A stretch of 36,681 nt of DNA from a virus (Duplodnaviria > Caudoviricetes): positions 1 to 36,681 of IMG/VR virus record IMGVR_UViG_3300020151_002519. The stretch is one strand, 5' to 3'. The stretch's first letter is position 1; each line of letters begins with the position of its first letter. Of this stretch, positions 1-9,578 are shown in pieces. The translations under genes were made by a program, and so were the position numbers. The notes beneath the pieces were generated by a model. The model did no database searches. It was not told the DNA's origin and was given only the letters and a program-made list of their open reading frames with translations.

Positions 1-12
1 AGACAATAAACC
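1..12. repeat. 12-bp terminal direct repeat AGACAATAAACC (left copy); candidate cos cohesive end
   Basis: Identical to 36670-36681; the junction lies about 100 nt upstream of the small terminase gene. Confidence 0.85.
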
Positions 13-121
13 CGATTAGCGCCCCGGGGCCACAAAAAGATTCCTTACCCTCCACACCCACCATCTTGTAGCACTGCGCATTTTTAACAACAAACCACCA
101 ACACCTCACTTTTGCCTCAAA

Positions 122-301
122 ACCCTCAAAACCATCAATTTCCCCCACTGAATTCCAGCTTGAGGGTTTTTACTGACCCTCAAGAAAATGGAGGGTCGTC
201 GCCGATGTCTCGCTCCACTGCGCCAAAACGCCCCCAAAATCTGCCCCTCTGCGTTGAGGGTGTTGAGGGTCGCCTTGTTCCTCTTGCCATAAATTGAGGG
301 T
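122..301. repeat. Iteron-like TTGAGGGT/ACCCTCAA cluster; candidate replication origin
   Basis: Six perfect copies at 122, 160, 176, 254, 263 and 294 in both orientations, in non-coding DNA just downstream of the primase/helicase genes. Confidence 0.55.
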
Positions 302-452
302 AGCACCGGCGGCGCGAGCACGGTGAAAATCCACGCGGCTTCGCCGCATGCTGGCGCATTCTCGCCACACCCAGACCGGATGCGGCCGCCGCCTTCGCCT
401 GGCTCTTTACGGTCGTCGTGGACCGATGCCGGCGGCTCCGTCTTAGGCCTAC

Positions 453-2297
453 TCAGCCCTTGACCTTCTCGATGTCGATGCGGCGCGGGTTGCAGTTCTT
501 CACGCTCGTAAAGCTCCACACGCTGCCGTCCTCCGTCCTGAAATGCCGCTCGTGCAGCTCCTTCGTCAGCGCCTTCCCCAGCGTCCCCGCAGCTTTCCCG
601 CTCAGCCACTCGCTCGCCGCCTTCAGCGTCTCCGGATCAATCCCGCCCTCCACCGGCTCCCCATCCTCCCACAGCCCGTCCACATCGTCCGCGGCCGCAG
701 CAGCCGCCGACTTCTGCGGCCGCTTGAATCCAGGGCACGCCAGCACCGCCTCCACGCTCCGCTCATCACCCAGGCACGCACACACCGCCTCGATCCCATT
801 GCGTCTCGCGATCCCCGCAAACTCCCGCACCAGCACCGGGAAACGCTCGCGCATCTCCCCCGTCTTCGGATCAGCGCCAAACTCCGCCACCGCCAGCTTC
901 GCCAGCGAGGCCCAGTCACGGCTCCGCGTATCCCCCACCCGATCATTCGTGTTCTCCATCATGCAGTCCCACTTCTCCTTCACCGCCCGCCCCACATGCC
1001 ACACCACCGCCGGAGCGAACCGCGCCCAGTTCTCAAAGCTCCCCAGCTCGCGCCCCGGCTTCTTGGGCCGTCCAGCCTCATCCCAGCTCCGCACCAGGCT
1101 CCAGCAGCACGCCAGCAGCGTTTGACGGTTTTGAGGGTCACGCCAAAAATTCGCGTCAATCATCTTCGCATCCGGCGGCAGCACCCGATCCACACCCGCC
1201 AGCGGATTGTAGAGATCGCACAGCAAAGACCGGCGCTGAATATCCCGCGACCACGTCACGTTATTCGCACTCCCCAGCACGATCGTATCGATCTTGAAGC
1301 GCTCGATCTTCATCCCTCCCATCAGGCGAAACTCCGGCTCGCTCGACTCGATAAACGTATCCAGCATCGGCAGCCGCAGCTCACGCCCGCCCCAGTCGAT
1401 GTTCTCAAAGTTCACGTAATCCCCGCCCGCCCGCGCCACGCTCAGCAAATACTTCCGCAGCTCCTCCTCACCATCCTGCTCCAGATTGTAAAACGCCTGC
1501 GACCCATGCACCGCAAACGTGATCAGCCGCGTCAGCAGCGACTTCCCGCTCTCCGGCAGATTCGCCCCGATGAAAAAAGCCGGCGCTCTCCCATGAAAGC
1601 ACCCGCGGCCAAACATCGTCACCAGCGCCGACAGCCAGATCGCATAATCACGCTCCTTCTGACGCCAGCCAAACGTCCGCGTCAGCCCATCCAGCCACAG
1701 CAGCGCATCACTCAGATGCAGATCTGTATCAAAGTGCACATCATCCTCCGTCCAGGTCATCGCCTCGCGATCAAACCCCTTCTCCAGCAGCCGCATCTTC
1801 CCATCCGCACCGATGAAAGGCAGCCGCACCCCGCTCACCTTCCGCAGCTCCGGCAGACTCATCTTAAAGTCCACGCTCTTCATCACCAGCCGCGACTGCC
1901 CCACGCTCAGATCCCCATCGATCATCGCACTCTCCCCATTCGGCCCCGCATCCTTCTCATAGCCCGAAAACAGCACCACCGCGCCCCCATTCGGCGAGCT
2001 CAGCCACGTGCAAAACGTCTCCGCATCCATCACATCAAACTTCTTCTCCGCCGCATTCCGGTAAACGATCTCCCCATTGCGACGAAACAGCAAATCACGC
2101 CCCGCCAGCACATCACATAGCTGCGGGATCAGCTTATGCGGCGCAGGCCGCGACCTCTCACGCCCCACATACAGCGACCGCGCCCGCAGCACCGCCGACT
2201 CCGGCAGCGCCATCCCACCACGCGCCGCCAGCGGCGCAAACGCCTCCGCCATCCTCGCAGCCTTATCGCCGCTCACTGAATCGCTGATCGAGACCAT
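453..2297 (-). CDS. Primase-associated P-loop NTPase / replicative helicase-like protein
   Basis: 614 aa; Walker-A-like GANLPESGKS; directly downstream of the primase gene. Confidence 0.65.
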   Translation of the reverse strand: MVSISDSVSGDKAARMAEAFAPLAARGGMALPESAVLRARSLYVGRERSRPAPHKLIPQLCDVLAGRDLLFRRNGEIVYRNAAEKKFDVMDAETFCTWLSSPNGGAVVLFSGYEKDAGPNGESAMIDGDLSVGQSRLVMKSVDFKMSLPELRKVSGVRLPFIGADGKMRLLEKGFDREAMTWTEDDVHFDTDLHLSDALLWLDGLTRTFGWRQKERDYAIWLSALVTMFGRGCFHGRAPAFFIGANLPESGKSLLTRLITFAVHGSQAFYNLEQDGEEELRKYLLSVARAGGDYVNFENIDWGGRELRLPMLDTFIESSEPEFRLMGGMKIERFKIDTIVLGSANNVTWSRDIQRRSLLCDLYNPLAGVDRVLPPDAKMIDANFWRDPQNRQTLLACCWSLVRSWDEAGRPKKPGRELGSFENWARFAPAVVWHVGRAVKEKWDCMMENTNDRVGDTRSRDWASLAKLAVAEFGADPKTGEMRERFPVLVREFAGIARRNGIEAVCACLGDERSVEAVLACPGFKRPQKSAAAAAADDVDGLWEDGEPVEGGIDPETLKAASEWLSGKAAGTLGKALTKELHERHFRTEDGSVWSFTSVKNCNPRRIDIEKVKG

Positions 2298-2380
2298 CTT
2301 CCTCTGGTTTCTGTTTTAAAGTTTGGTTGTCTTCGTTGCTCTTTTTCAAAAATTCCCCGGCGTAATCCCCGCGCGTCAAA

Positions 2381-3484
2381 TCACCCGCTCCCACTGCCCA
2401 CCTCCACCGGCACCCGATCCCCGATGCACTCCCCCGCCTTCGCCTCCGGGTTAAAGTAAACCAGGCACTGCTTCCGCGCCCCGTTCGGGAACGGCACAAA
2501 CTGCCCGTCCTTCATCTTCCCCTCGCGCCACGTGTTCGGCATCCGCATCGCCGCCGTCGGATTGCTCAGCGATTGCGGATCAAATCCCAGCTCCGTCATG
2601 CACTCCCGCGCCGCGATGCGCATGCGCGTGAATTCCTCGTAGCTCTCCGCATCCACCCGCACCAGCGCATGCAGACTCCGCCCCGCGCTCGTCGAGATCG
2701 CCACCACCGGCATCCGCACCTGCGCCAGCGCATTCAGCCACTGATCCTGCGGCGCCTCGTCCGATTCCCACAGCATATACCGCCACGCCACCACGCTCTT
2801 CATCGTCCGCCTGCTCAGCGTCGTCTTCCCGCTCACCGGATGCCACCTCCCATCGCACGGCTGGATCATCATCACACAGCCCTCGCGACTCCGCAGCGGC
2901 CCTAGCTGCACACGCTGCGCCTTCTGCTCCGGATTCTTCCCCAGCGCGAACCACTGCCCGCGCCAGCGCATGTAGTCCCCCACCGATCGCATCGACGTAA
3001 AGCACATCACCATCTCCCCCGGCCCATACAGCGCATCAATAAACGCACCGCACTCCACCTGCATCGGATCATACGCACTCCGCGCCCGCAGCCAGGCAAA
3101 GTCACACACCCACTCCGGCCGCTGGATACGCTCCAGCTTCTCCGCATCAAACTTCACCCTCTCCCGCGACTTCACCGCCGGCACATAGATCGGCCGCTCC
3201 GCGCCCCCCTCGCCATCCACCAGATACCCCTGCGGAAACCGCTGCGGCGACCGAAAAACGCTCCGCACCTTGTGCTGCAAATCCCGCTCCGCCCACTTCT
3301 CCCCCAGCCGGTCATTATACTCCCGCAGCACCTGCCAGCACTCCGCTTCCGACAGCCCCTTCGACCCCCCAAACCCCCAAAAGATCGAGCACACCACCCG
3401 AAACGTCGTCCCATGCCCACCCTGCCCAGAAATCGCATCCGGCATCGCAGCGACAAAGCGCCTCACTCGTTCGATCAGTTCCAT
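2381..3484 (-). CDS. Primase (AEP/RepB-like catalytic domain with N-terminal PriCT-like helical domain)
   Basis: AISGQGGH..TF PriCT-like N-terminus; WESD, SAGRSLHALVRV and MRMP primase-like motifs; start placed at ATG 3484 because the upstream extension is repeat-derived. Confidence 0.65.
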   Translation of the reverse strand: MELIERVRRFVAAMPDAISGQGGHGTTFRVVCSIFWGFGGSKGLSEAECWQVLREYNDRLGEKWAERDLQHKVRSVFRSPQRFPQGYLVDGEGGAERPIYVPAVKSRERVKFDAEKLERIQRPEWVCDFAWLRARSAYDPMQVECGAFIDALYGPGEMVMCFTSMRSVGDYMRWRGQWFALGKNPEQKAQRVQLGPLRSREGCVMMIQPCDGRWHPVSGKTTLSRRTMKSVVAWRYMLWESDEAPQDQWLNALAQVRMPVVAISTSAGRSLHALVRVDAESYEEFTRMRIAARECMTELGFDPQSLSNPTAAMRMPNTWREGKMKDGQFVPFPNGARKQCLVYFNPEAKAGECIGDRVPVEVGSGSG

Positions 3485-3527
3485 AGTGTTCTTCGTTCCT
3501 CGTTCGTTGTTCACGCTTCAGCGTGCC

Positions 3528-4490
3528 TCATGCCGCCAACAGCGGCATCTCCTCCTGAATCCGCTTCTTGCCCGCCTCCGCCACATTCTTCACCGCTTGA
3601 TCGTAGTAGGTCGTTTTCAGCTCAGCACCGATTGCTTTGCGCCCCATCGCGACGGCCTGGTAAACCTCGCTGCCCACACCCATGAATGGCGTAAACACCA
3701 CTTCACCCTGATTACTCCGCAGCTCAATAGCCCGCGCGATCACATCCAGTTGCAACGGATGCACATGCTTCTCGTCATCCACATCCCTCGCCGCCTGATA
3801 AGGCAGTATGTTGCTGATGTCGATGTCATGCCACGACGACGACGCATAGCGCCTCCAGCACCAATGCGAAAAACTGTTCAGCTTTTGATCGCCATCCATA
3901 CCACGCAGATGATGCAGTTCTGCCGGCGGCTTGTCCGTGCCATAGTAAGTCAGCAGCCCGCGATCATGCTTCACCGGCACCGCGTTCTTACCCTCCTTGC
4001 GAAAAACCAGCAGATAATCTGCCCCAGCCACATCGCACAATATTGAGTCCACACACACCGTCTTGTGAGCCAAACCCTTCGCCATGGTGCGATTTCTCAC
4101 TCCAAGAGGCTCCTTCCAGATGTGATGCCGCGCGATGTATTTGAAGCCATGCCGCTCATGCAGCCGGATGATGTCACCTGGGAAATCGGTCAGAAAGTTG
4201 CCCAGGTTGCACGAGTCTGGCACATCCATCGCATGCACCGCCGTGCATCGGCCTGGCTTAGTCAGCCGCGCGATTTGCTCCACCACCAGTTCGTAGTGCG
4301 CAAAGAACTCCTCGTAATCCTTGCAGTTCGACAAATCGCGCACATCGTTCGAATAAGTGTAAAGCGCGCAAAACGGCGGCGAGTAGATCGAGAAATCAAT
4401 CGCCCCCTTTGGCAGATCCTGCATCACCGCGATACAGTCTCCATTGTAGAGGGTGGCGTTGTCCGAGTGATGTTGAGTTAGCACAGCCAT
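3528..4490 (-). CDS. DNA methyltransferase, N4-C/N6-A family (beta class order)
   Basis: GDCI, catalytic SPPF, H..P, then SAM-binding FTPFMGVGSE and IGAEL. Confidence 0.9.
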   Translation of the reverse strand: MAVLTQHHSDNATLYNGDCIAVMQDLPKGAIDFSIYSPPFCALYTYSNDVRDLSNCKDYEEFFAHYELVVEQIARLTKPGRCTAVHAMDVPDSCNLGNFLTDFPGDIIRLHERHGFKYIARHHIWKEPLGVRNRTMAKGLAHKTVCVDSILCDVAGADYLLVFRKEGKNAVPVKHDRGLLTYYGTDKPPAELHHLRGMDGDQKLNSFSHWCWRRYASSSWHDIDISNILPYQAARDVDDEKHVHPLQLDVIARAIELRSNQGEVVFTPFMGVGSEVYQAVAMGRKAIGAELKTTYYDQAVKNVAEAGKKRIQEEMPLLAA

Positions 4491-5863
4491 GAGGGTAGTT
4501 CGGTTTTGGTTTGATGATCACGTTTCAGTCCCACATTGCTCGCCTCGCCCATGTGCTGGACGAGGTTCGCGAAAAGCACTTCGGCATTGGCCGACTTCCG
4601 CATCAGATTCTCCAAGACACCCGCTTCACCGGTGCTTGTGATGATGTCGATCTCCACCGGCTGCGTCTGGCCAAAACGCCAGAATCGCCGCACAGATTGA
4701 TAAAATTGCTCAAACGAATGAGATGGGAAAAACGTCGAGTGATGGCAGTGCTGCCAGTTCAATCCGAAGCCCGCAATATCCGGCTTTGTCACCAGCTTCA
4801 GTATCTGCCCTTTGGCAAAAGCCTCAAACACCTCCTCCTTGCGCTCCATGGAGTCCGCACCTGATACTTGCACCGCGTTCGGGATCATTCGCTCCATCTC
4901 ATCACATTCATCATTCAGGTATCCCCACGCCACACTTGCCCCTTCGTGCGCGATACAGCGCTGCGCAGCCTCCTTGCATCGCGCCTCCAGCGTCAAACGA
5001 CGCTCCCGCCGCTGCTCAGACAATCCCACAGCCGTCAGTGGCAGCAGATAGCCATCCAGCGGCTTCGCACACTGCACCGCATGCTCTCGCGTGATCAAAT
5101 CCGGCAGCACAAAACCCGCGTCATCAAAGCCGATGTCTGAAGGCCTGCGCAGCGCCCTCGCCCATCCACAGATCCATCGGTAAAACTGCCGCTCCGCATG
5201 ACCGCGGAAACGCCACACCCCAGCCCGAAACTCATCTTTGCGGCTATGCGTTTCACGCCCCTTCTCGTCCGACTTCTTGAAAAACGTGCTCAGCATGTCG
5301 TTGAACCCCATATAGCCCAGCGCCTCCGACGAATTGCCCAGCTCGATCAAATCATTCGGGCTCGGTGTCGCCGTGCAAAGCAGGCGAAAGCTCATCTTTC
5401 GCATGAAATCCGTCACCGCTGCCTTCGTCACCCCGTCGCAGTTTTTCAGGATGCTCGATTCATCGCAGACCATGCCCGAAAAATCGGATGCGTTGAACAA
5501 ATGCAGCCGCTCGTAGTTGGTCACCACCACCCGCGCGCCACCATGCACTCGGCCATCATTGCAGCGCACGGCCTCAATGCCAAACTTGCCCCCCTCCGCC
5601 ACCATTTGCCCAGCCACCGCCAGCGGCGTCAAAATCAGCACCGGCTTATTCGTCCGCATCACCACATTCTGCGCAAACGTCAGCTCCTGAAGGCTTTTAC
5701 CCATCCCGCAGTCTTCAAACAAAGCCGCACGCCCCTTTCTCACCGCCCAGGTAATCAAATGCCGCTGAAACTCAAACGCACCCGCCGGCATAAACACCGG
5801 ATTAAATCCCGCATCCGAATACGAATGCCGCTTCCGCTCCAAAAGTTGTTCGTATGAAATCAT
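4478..5863 (-). CDS. SF2 (SNF2-like) helicase
   Basis: GMGKS Walker A, DESS Walker B, TATP motif III, GFGLN, QSVRRFWRFGQ motif VI. Confidence 0.88.
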   Translation of the reverse strand: MISYEQLLERKRHSYSDAGFNPVFMPAGAFEFQRHLITWAVRKGRAALFEDCGMGKSLQELTFAQNVVMRTNKPVLILTPLAVAGQMVAEGGKFGIEAVRCNDGRVHGGARVVVTNYERLHLFNASDFSGMVCDESSILKNCDGVTKAAVTDFMRKMSFRLLCTATPSPNDLIELGNSSEALGYMGFNDMLSTFFKKSDEKGRETHSRKDEFRAGVWRFRGHAERQFYRWICGWARALRRPSDIGFDDAGFVLPDLITREHAVQCAKPLDGYLLPLTAVGLSEQRRERRLTLEARCKEAAQRCIAHEGASVAWGYLNDECDEMERMIPNAVQVSGADSMERKEEVFEAFAKGQILKLVTKPDIAGFGLNWQHCHHSTFFPSHSFEQFYQSVRRFWRFGQTQPVEIDIITSTGEAGVLENLMRKSANAEVLFANLVQHMGEASNVGLKRDHQTKTELPSWLC

Positions 5864-5925
5864 TTCTCAGTTCTCCATTCTCAGTTCTCAGTTCCCCGTC
5901 ATTCAGGTCATTCCGGTCATTCCGG

Positions 5926-7353
5926 TCACCCCGCCGTCCCCAGCGCCCCCTCCACCACGCTCAGCCCATCCTCATCCTCCGCGCACAGCGCCAGCGCCAC
6001 GCACGCCAGCAGGCACCATCGCAGCCCCTTCCGCTTCACCCCGTCACGGTTCAGCTCACCCATGACGCTCGCATAGCTCTCGCTCGGCAGGATCTCCGCC
6101 AGCGCCTCCCATTGCGACCCCATCAGCGCCTCCCACAGCGCATTCTGCATCGCCGCCTCCGGCTTCAGCATCAGCGCCCCATGCACCTTCCGCCACCGCA
6201 CCTCGTCGAAAGCAGACTCGGAGACCGGCAGACCATGAGACTCGGAGACTTGGAGACCTCCGCCTCCGACTCCGTCTCCTTCTCCGCCTCCATCAACCTC
6301 TCCGCCTCCGTCTCCTTCTCCGCCTCCCTCAGATCGAGCCGGAGTAGGAGTCGGAGTCGGCGCAGGATTTTTGCCCCTTCCGCGCAGCATCGGCACCAGC
6401 GCCACGCTATCCGCCGCCTCCACCACTGCACGATTCACCAGCAGCAAAAACTTCTCATCATCCCGGTCCATCGCCGGAGCCATCATCACCGGCACATCAT
6501 ACTGCGCCGCCAGATCCCACCACCGGCACGATCCCAGCCCCGCCGCCAGCTTCTCCGTCGGCAGCCACTCATGCGCCAGCTCATACGCCGACTGCTTCAC
6601 GGCCTGCTCCTGCACATACTCCTCCCGGTCATCCCACACCACCAGCTGCACCATGGCCACCTTTTCCGAGTTGTTCTCGATCACCTTCAGCCGCCACTTC
6701 GCCCCGTTCTTCTCCCACTCCGCCCGCTGCTTCTCCGGCTTGATGAAACGCTGCGTCACATAATCCTTCAGCTGCTTGTAGGAATACACCTCCCCCGTGA
6801 ACGGGTTCACGATGTCACCCATCATCTCCCGCACCTGGTCATTCGTCAGCCCCGCCAGCAGGCCCGCGCTCTCCAGCGACAACTTCTTATCCTCCACCAG
6901 CTGCTGTGCCCGATGCGGCAGCCTCTCGATGCTCAGATACAGCTGCACCGTCTCCATGCTCCGGTGACAAATCCCCGGCAGATCCTCCATCGGAATCCCA
7001 ATCATCAGCGCCTCCCGAGCCCCCCGTGCCATCTCCAGCGGCGAAAACGCATTCGCCCCATTCTGCATCGTCATCAAATGCCGGAACGCATCCGCCTCAT
7101 CAAACGGCCACACCTTCGCCCACAGCGCCTCCAGCCCCAGCCGCACCGCCGCCTCGCGCCTGCGATGCCCCTGCATCAGCCGCAGCACCCCCTGCGCATC
7201 GCGAAACACATGCACATCCTCCCGGATGCCCTCCATGCGCAGCTGCTCCGTAAAGCTCTCCATATCCCGCAGCTCACCCCCACGCGGATTACGCGCCCAG
7301 GGTTCAATCAGCTTCAGTGGAATCAATTCTCTCGTCGGTTCAATCGTCTTCAT
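5926..7353 (-). CDS. ParB/Srx-like N-terminal domain protein
   Basis: NPR and GHRRREA ParB arginine patch followed by an HTH-like region; low-complexity repeat-derived insert near the C-terminus. Confidence 0.8.
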   Translation of the reverse strand: MKTIEPTRELIPLKLIEPWARNPRGGELRDMESFTEQLRMEGIREDVHVFRDAQGVLRLMQGHRRREAAVRLGLEALWAKVWPFDEADAFRHLMTMQNGANAFSPLEMARGAREALMIGIPMEDLPGICHRSMETVQLYLSIERLPHRAQQLVEDKKLSLESAGLLAGLTNDQVREMMGDIVNPFTGEVYSYKQLKDYVTQRFIKPEKQRAEWEKNGAKWRLKVIENNSEKVAMVQLVVWDDREEYVQEQAVKQSAYELAHEWLPTEKLAAGLGSCRWWDLAAQYDVPVMMAPAMDRDDEKFLLLVNRAVVEAADSVALVPMLRGRGKNPAPTPTPTPARSEGGGEGDGGGEVDGGGEGDGVGGGGLQVSESHGLPVSESAFDEVRWRKVHGALMLKPEAAMQNALWEALMGSQWEALAEILPSESYASVMGELNRDGVKRKGLRWCLLACVALALCAEDEDGLSVVEGALGTAG

Positions 7354-7384
7354 CGTTCGTGGTTCTTGGTTCGTTGTTCGTTGT

Positions 7385-8188
7385 TCACGCTTCAGCGTGT
7401 CTCCCCGTCTCCAGGGCTCCCTGTCTCAAACTCTCCGCCCTCCGCCCTCCGCTCTCCGCCTTCTGCCCCTTCTTCTTCCGATTCTGCTTCCCCTTCATCG
7501 CCAAACTCAGCGCCTCCCGGCAGTGCTTGTTCTTCATAAACCAGAGCTTGAAATCACACTTGCTCGCCGGCCTCCCCGATCGCGCAGCACTCATCTTTCG
7601 GAACATCGGCAGCACATGCGACTTGATCGCCGCGCTGATCGCACTGCGCTTGTTCTTTGCCGTCAATCCCAACTCCGCACCAATCGCCGAAAGACTCTTC
7701 GCCATCTCCGGCCTCATGCGTTGATCCGCCACAGACGCATACAGCGTGATCAGCACCCTTTTCCCCACCTCTCGCGCCGTCCAGTTCTGAAAATCATCCG
7801 TCACCATCCCCAACAGCATGCTCGCCGTTGGCGCATGCCAGTCCACCAGCATCTGCCGCGTTACCTTGTAAGCGCTCGCCTTCGAGCGGTTACGCTCGTG
7901 CGCCGTTGCCATAAAATGCACCGGCACCATTTTTTTGTGCCATGGCAGCATCTCCGCACACAACTTTGCCACCCGACGCACAATATCATCCAGCGATTGC
8001 ACATTGTAAGTCAGCACCCGCAGGATCGTCAGCACACATCGAACGCGATCATCCGCATCATCATCCCCCACATACTCCTCCATCTCCATCACCACCTCAT
8101 CCGGCGCACGCACATGCAGCGCATCAAAGCCCATGCTAAAAGCCTCCTCCTGCGCGATGTCGTGAAACTCGTTCGTAAATGCGTTCAT
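7385..8188 (-). CDS. Hypothetical protein, possible C-terminal HTH
   Basis: 267-aa ORF in the operon; SLSAIGAELGLT..KRSAISAAI is HTH-like. Confidence 0.6.
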   Translation of the reverse strand: MNAFTNEFHDIAQEEAFSMGFDALHVRAPDEVVMEMEEYVGDDDADDRVRCVLTILRVLTYNVQSLDDIVRRVAKLCAEMLPWHKKMVPVHFMATAHERNRSKASAYKVTRQMLVDWHAPTASMLLGMVTDDFQNWTAREVGKRVLITLYASVADQRMRPEMAKSLSAIGAELGLTAKNKRSAISAAIKSHVLPMFRKMSAARSGRPASKCDFKLWFMKNKHCREALSLAMKGKQNRKKKGQKAESGGRRAESLRQGALETGRHAEA

Positions 8189-8240
8189 TCTCGGTTCTCA
8201 GTTGCTCGTCATTAAGGTCATTCCGGTCATTAAGGTCCCC

Positions 8241-8540
8241 TCAAAGCAGCCACCCCCATCGCTGCTCCAGCCTTCGCGCCTGCTGGCGCATGCGCTCCTC
8301 ACACGCCGTGATGATGTTCGCGCAGGCCAGCAGGCAGCTCTTCGCCGTCATCAGCTCCAGGCTCAGCGTCATCTTATCCGCCGCGCTCACCTCCGGCAGT
8401 TCCAGCAGCTCCTTGATCAGCCGCACCTGCTCACCCCACTCCTCCATCTTCGCGCGAGCCTCCATCAGCTCCCGCATTGGATGATCGCGCACCGCCACCG
8501 TCGCCGGCGCTTTCGTCTGGTCGATCACAAAGCTCATCAC
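8241..8540 (-). CDS. Hypothetical helical protein
   Basis: 99 aa; ATGA overlap with the upstream gene. Confidence 0.6.
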   Translation of the reverse strand: MMSFVIDQTKAPATVAVRDHPMRELMEARAKMEEWGEQVRLIKELLELPEVSAADKMTLSLELMTAKSCLLACANIITACEERMRQQARRLEQRWGWLL

Positions 8541-8878
8541 GCCGCCCTCCTTCCCATCTCCGTCTTCACCGCCTCAAACACCATCTCCACGCACGCGCGC
8601 AGGTGCGTCAGACCCGGATCACTCCGCGTCACCGCCCCCGCATTCGCCGCCGCGATCTCCGCCTGCAGCTCCTCCACCGTCATGAACGCCCCATCGCCCG
8701 TGTGCTTCTTTTTCAGCCACTTATGCAGCCCATGCAGCGTGATCTTCCGCACCGTCTCCGCCGCCCCTGGCAGCTTCACATACGGCAGCGCCTCCTCATC
8801 CATCATCCGTGACACCTCCCGTGCGCGGCAGTTAAAATACCGCGCGATGTCCGCGATCGTGTAAAGCCCTGCGCTCAT
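8537..8878 (-). CDS. Excisionase-like/MerR-type HTH DNA-binding protein
   Basis: LYTIADIARYFNC..EVSRMMDEEALPYVKL pattern; GGAGG SD upstream. Confidence 0.65.
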   Translation of the reverse strand: MSAGLYTIADIARYFNCRAREVSRMMDEEALPYVKLPGAAETVRKITLHGLHKWLKKKHTGDGAFMTVEELQAEIAAANAGAVTRSDPGLTHLRACVEMVFEAVKTEMGRRAA

Positions 8879-9105
8879 GGTTCAGTTCCTCCCTTTTCAG
8901 TTTTCAGTTCCACCATCTCAGCCCGCTGGCGGATACACTCACCCTCCACCGTCCCCGCCGCCACGCTCGTCACCACCAGCAGCGTCTGCATCTGCGCATC
9001 GTCCACCGACGCACTCCGCACCGTCCGCAGCGCCGCATCCATCTGCAGCACCATCACCGGCATTCCATCCGGCCCCGTGATCGTCATCGTGTAATCCGAG
9101 CTCAC
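8875..9105 (-). CDS. Hypothetical protein (76 aa)
   Basis: GTG start preceded by AAGGAGG; 4-nt overlaps with both neighbours. Confidence 0.55.
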   Translation of the reverse strand: MSSDYTMTITGPDGMPVMVLQMDAALRTVRSASVDDAQMQTLLVVTSVAAGTVEGECIRQRAEMVELKTEKGGTEP

Positions 9106-9506
9106 AGCGAGCCTCCTTTCTCCCCGCGGCCATTCCACGCCGCATTTGTGCCCGCATACGGATTCCATTCGTCGTCCGCATACGCCTCCCCCAGCTCCAG
9201 CGCCTCCGCGTTCTCGGCCCACCGGCGCAGCTTGCGTTCCCGCGCCGCATTGGCCACCAGCATGATGACAATGATCACGCACAGCGACCCGATCAGGTAG
9301 CACAGCGCCACATCCGTCGCGCGCCACGGAGCCACCATCGGCTCCGCATACGGCACCGCCTCCGCCGCCTTCCCCGCGCTCCACGCCGCCCCACAAAGCG
9401 CCGAAAGCCCCAGCAGCCGCAGCGCCTTCCAAAGCGTTCTCCGCGCCCGCAAAACGCGCCGCGACGCCCCCGCGTATTCAATTCCAAAATGTAGTCCGTT
9501 CGTCAT
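9102..9506 (-). CDS. Hypothetical membrane protein
   Basis: Two hydrophobic segments, including VALCYLIGSLCVIIVIMLVA. Confidence 0.6.
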   Translation of the reverse strand: MTNGLHFGIEYAGASRRVLRARRTLWKALRLLGLSALCGAAWSAGKAAEAVPYAEPMVAPWRATDVALCYLIGSLCVIIVIMLVANAARERKLRRWAENAEALELGEAYADDEWNPYAGTNAAWNGRGEKGGSL

Positions 9507-9578
9507 AGTCGTCAGTGTTAAGTAGTCAGTAATCAGTCAGTCAGGTCATTCCGGTCAGTCAGGTCATCCCTCGCGGCG

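Noticed and set aside
3528-5863. Helicase-methylase pair as a restriction or BREX/DISARM-type defence system
   Set aside because: No nuclease or other system genes are adjacent, and such pairs are common in phage early regions
5926-7353. Plasmid-prophage partition system
   Set aside because: No ParA or parS array was seen, and int plus attP indicate an integrative lifestyle
543-8215. Long plus-strand ORFs (543-2120, 5854-7539, 7226-8215) and similar ones at 16856, 23846, 26480 and 31036
   Set aside because: Antisense shadows of GC-rich minus-strand genes, with biased low-information composition and no motifs
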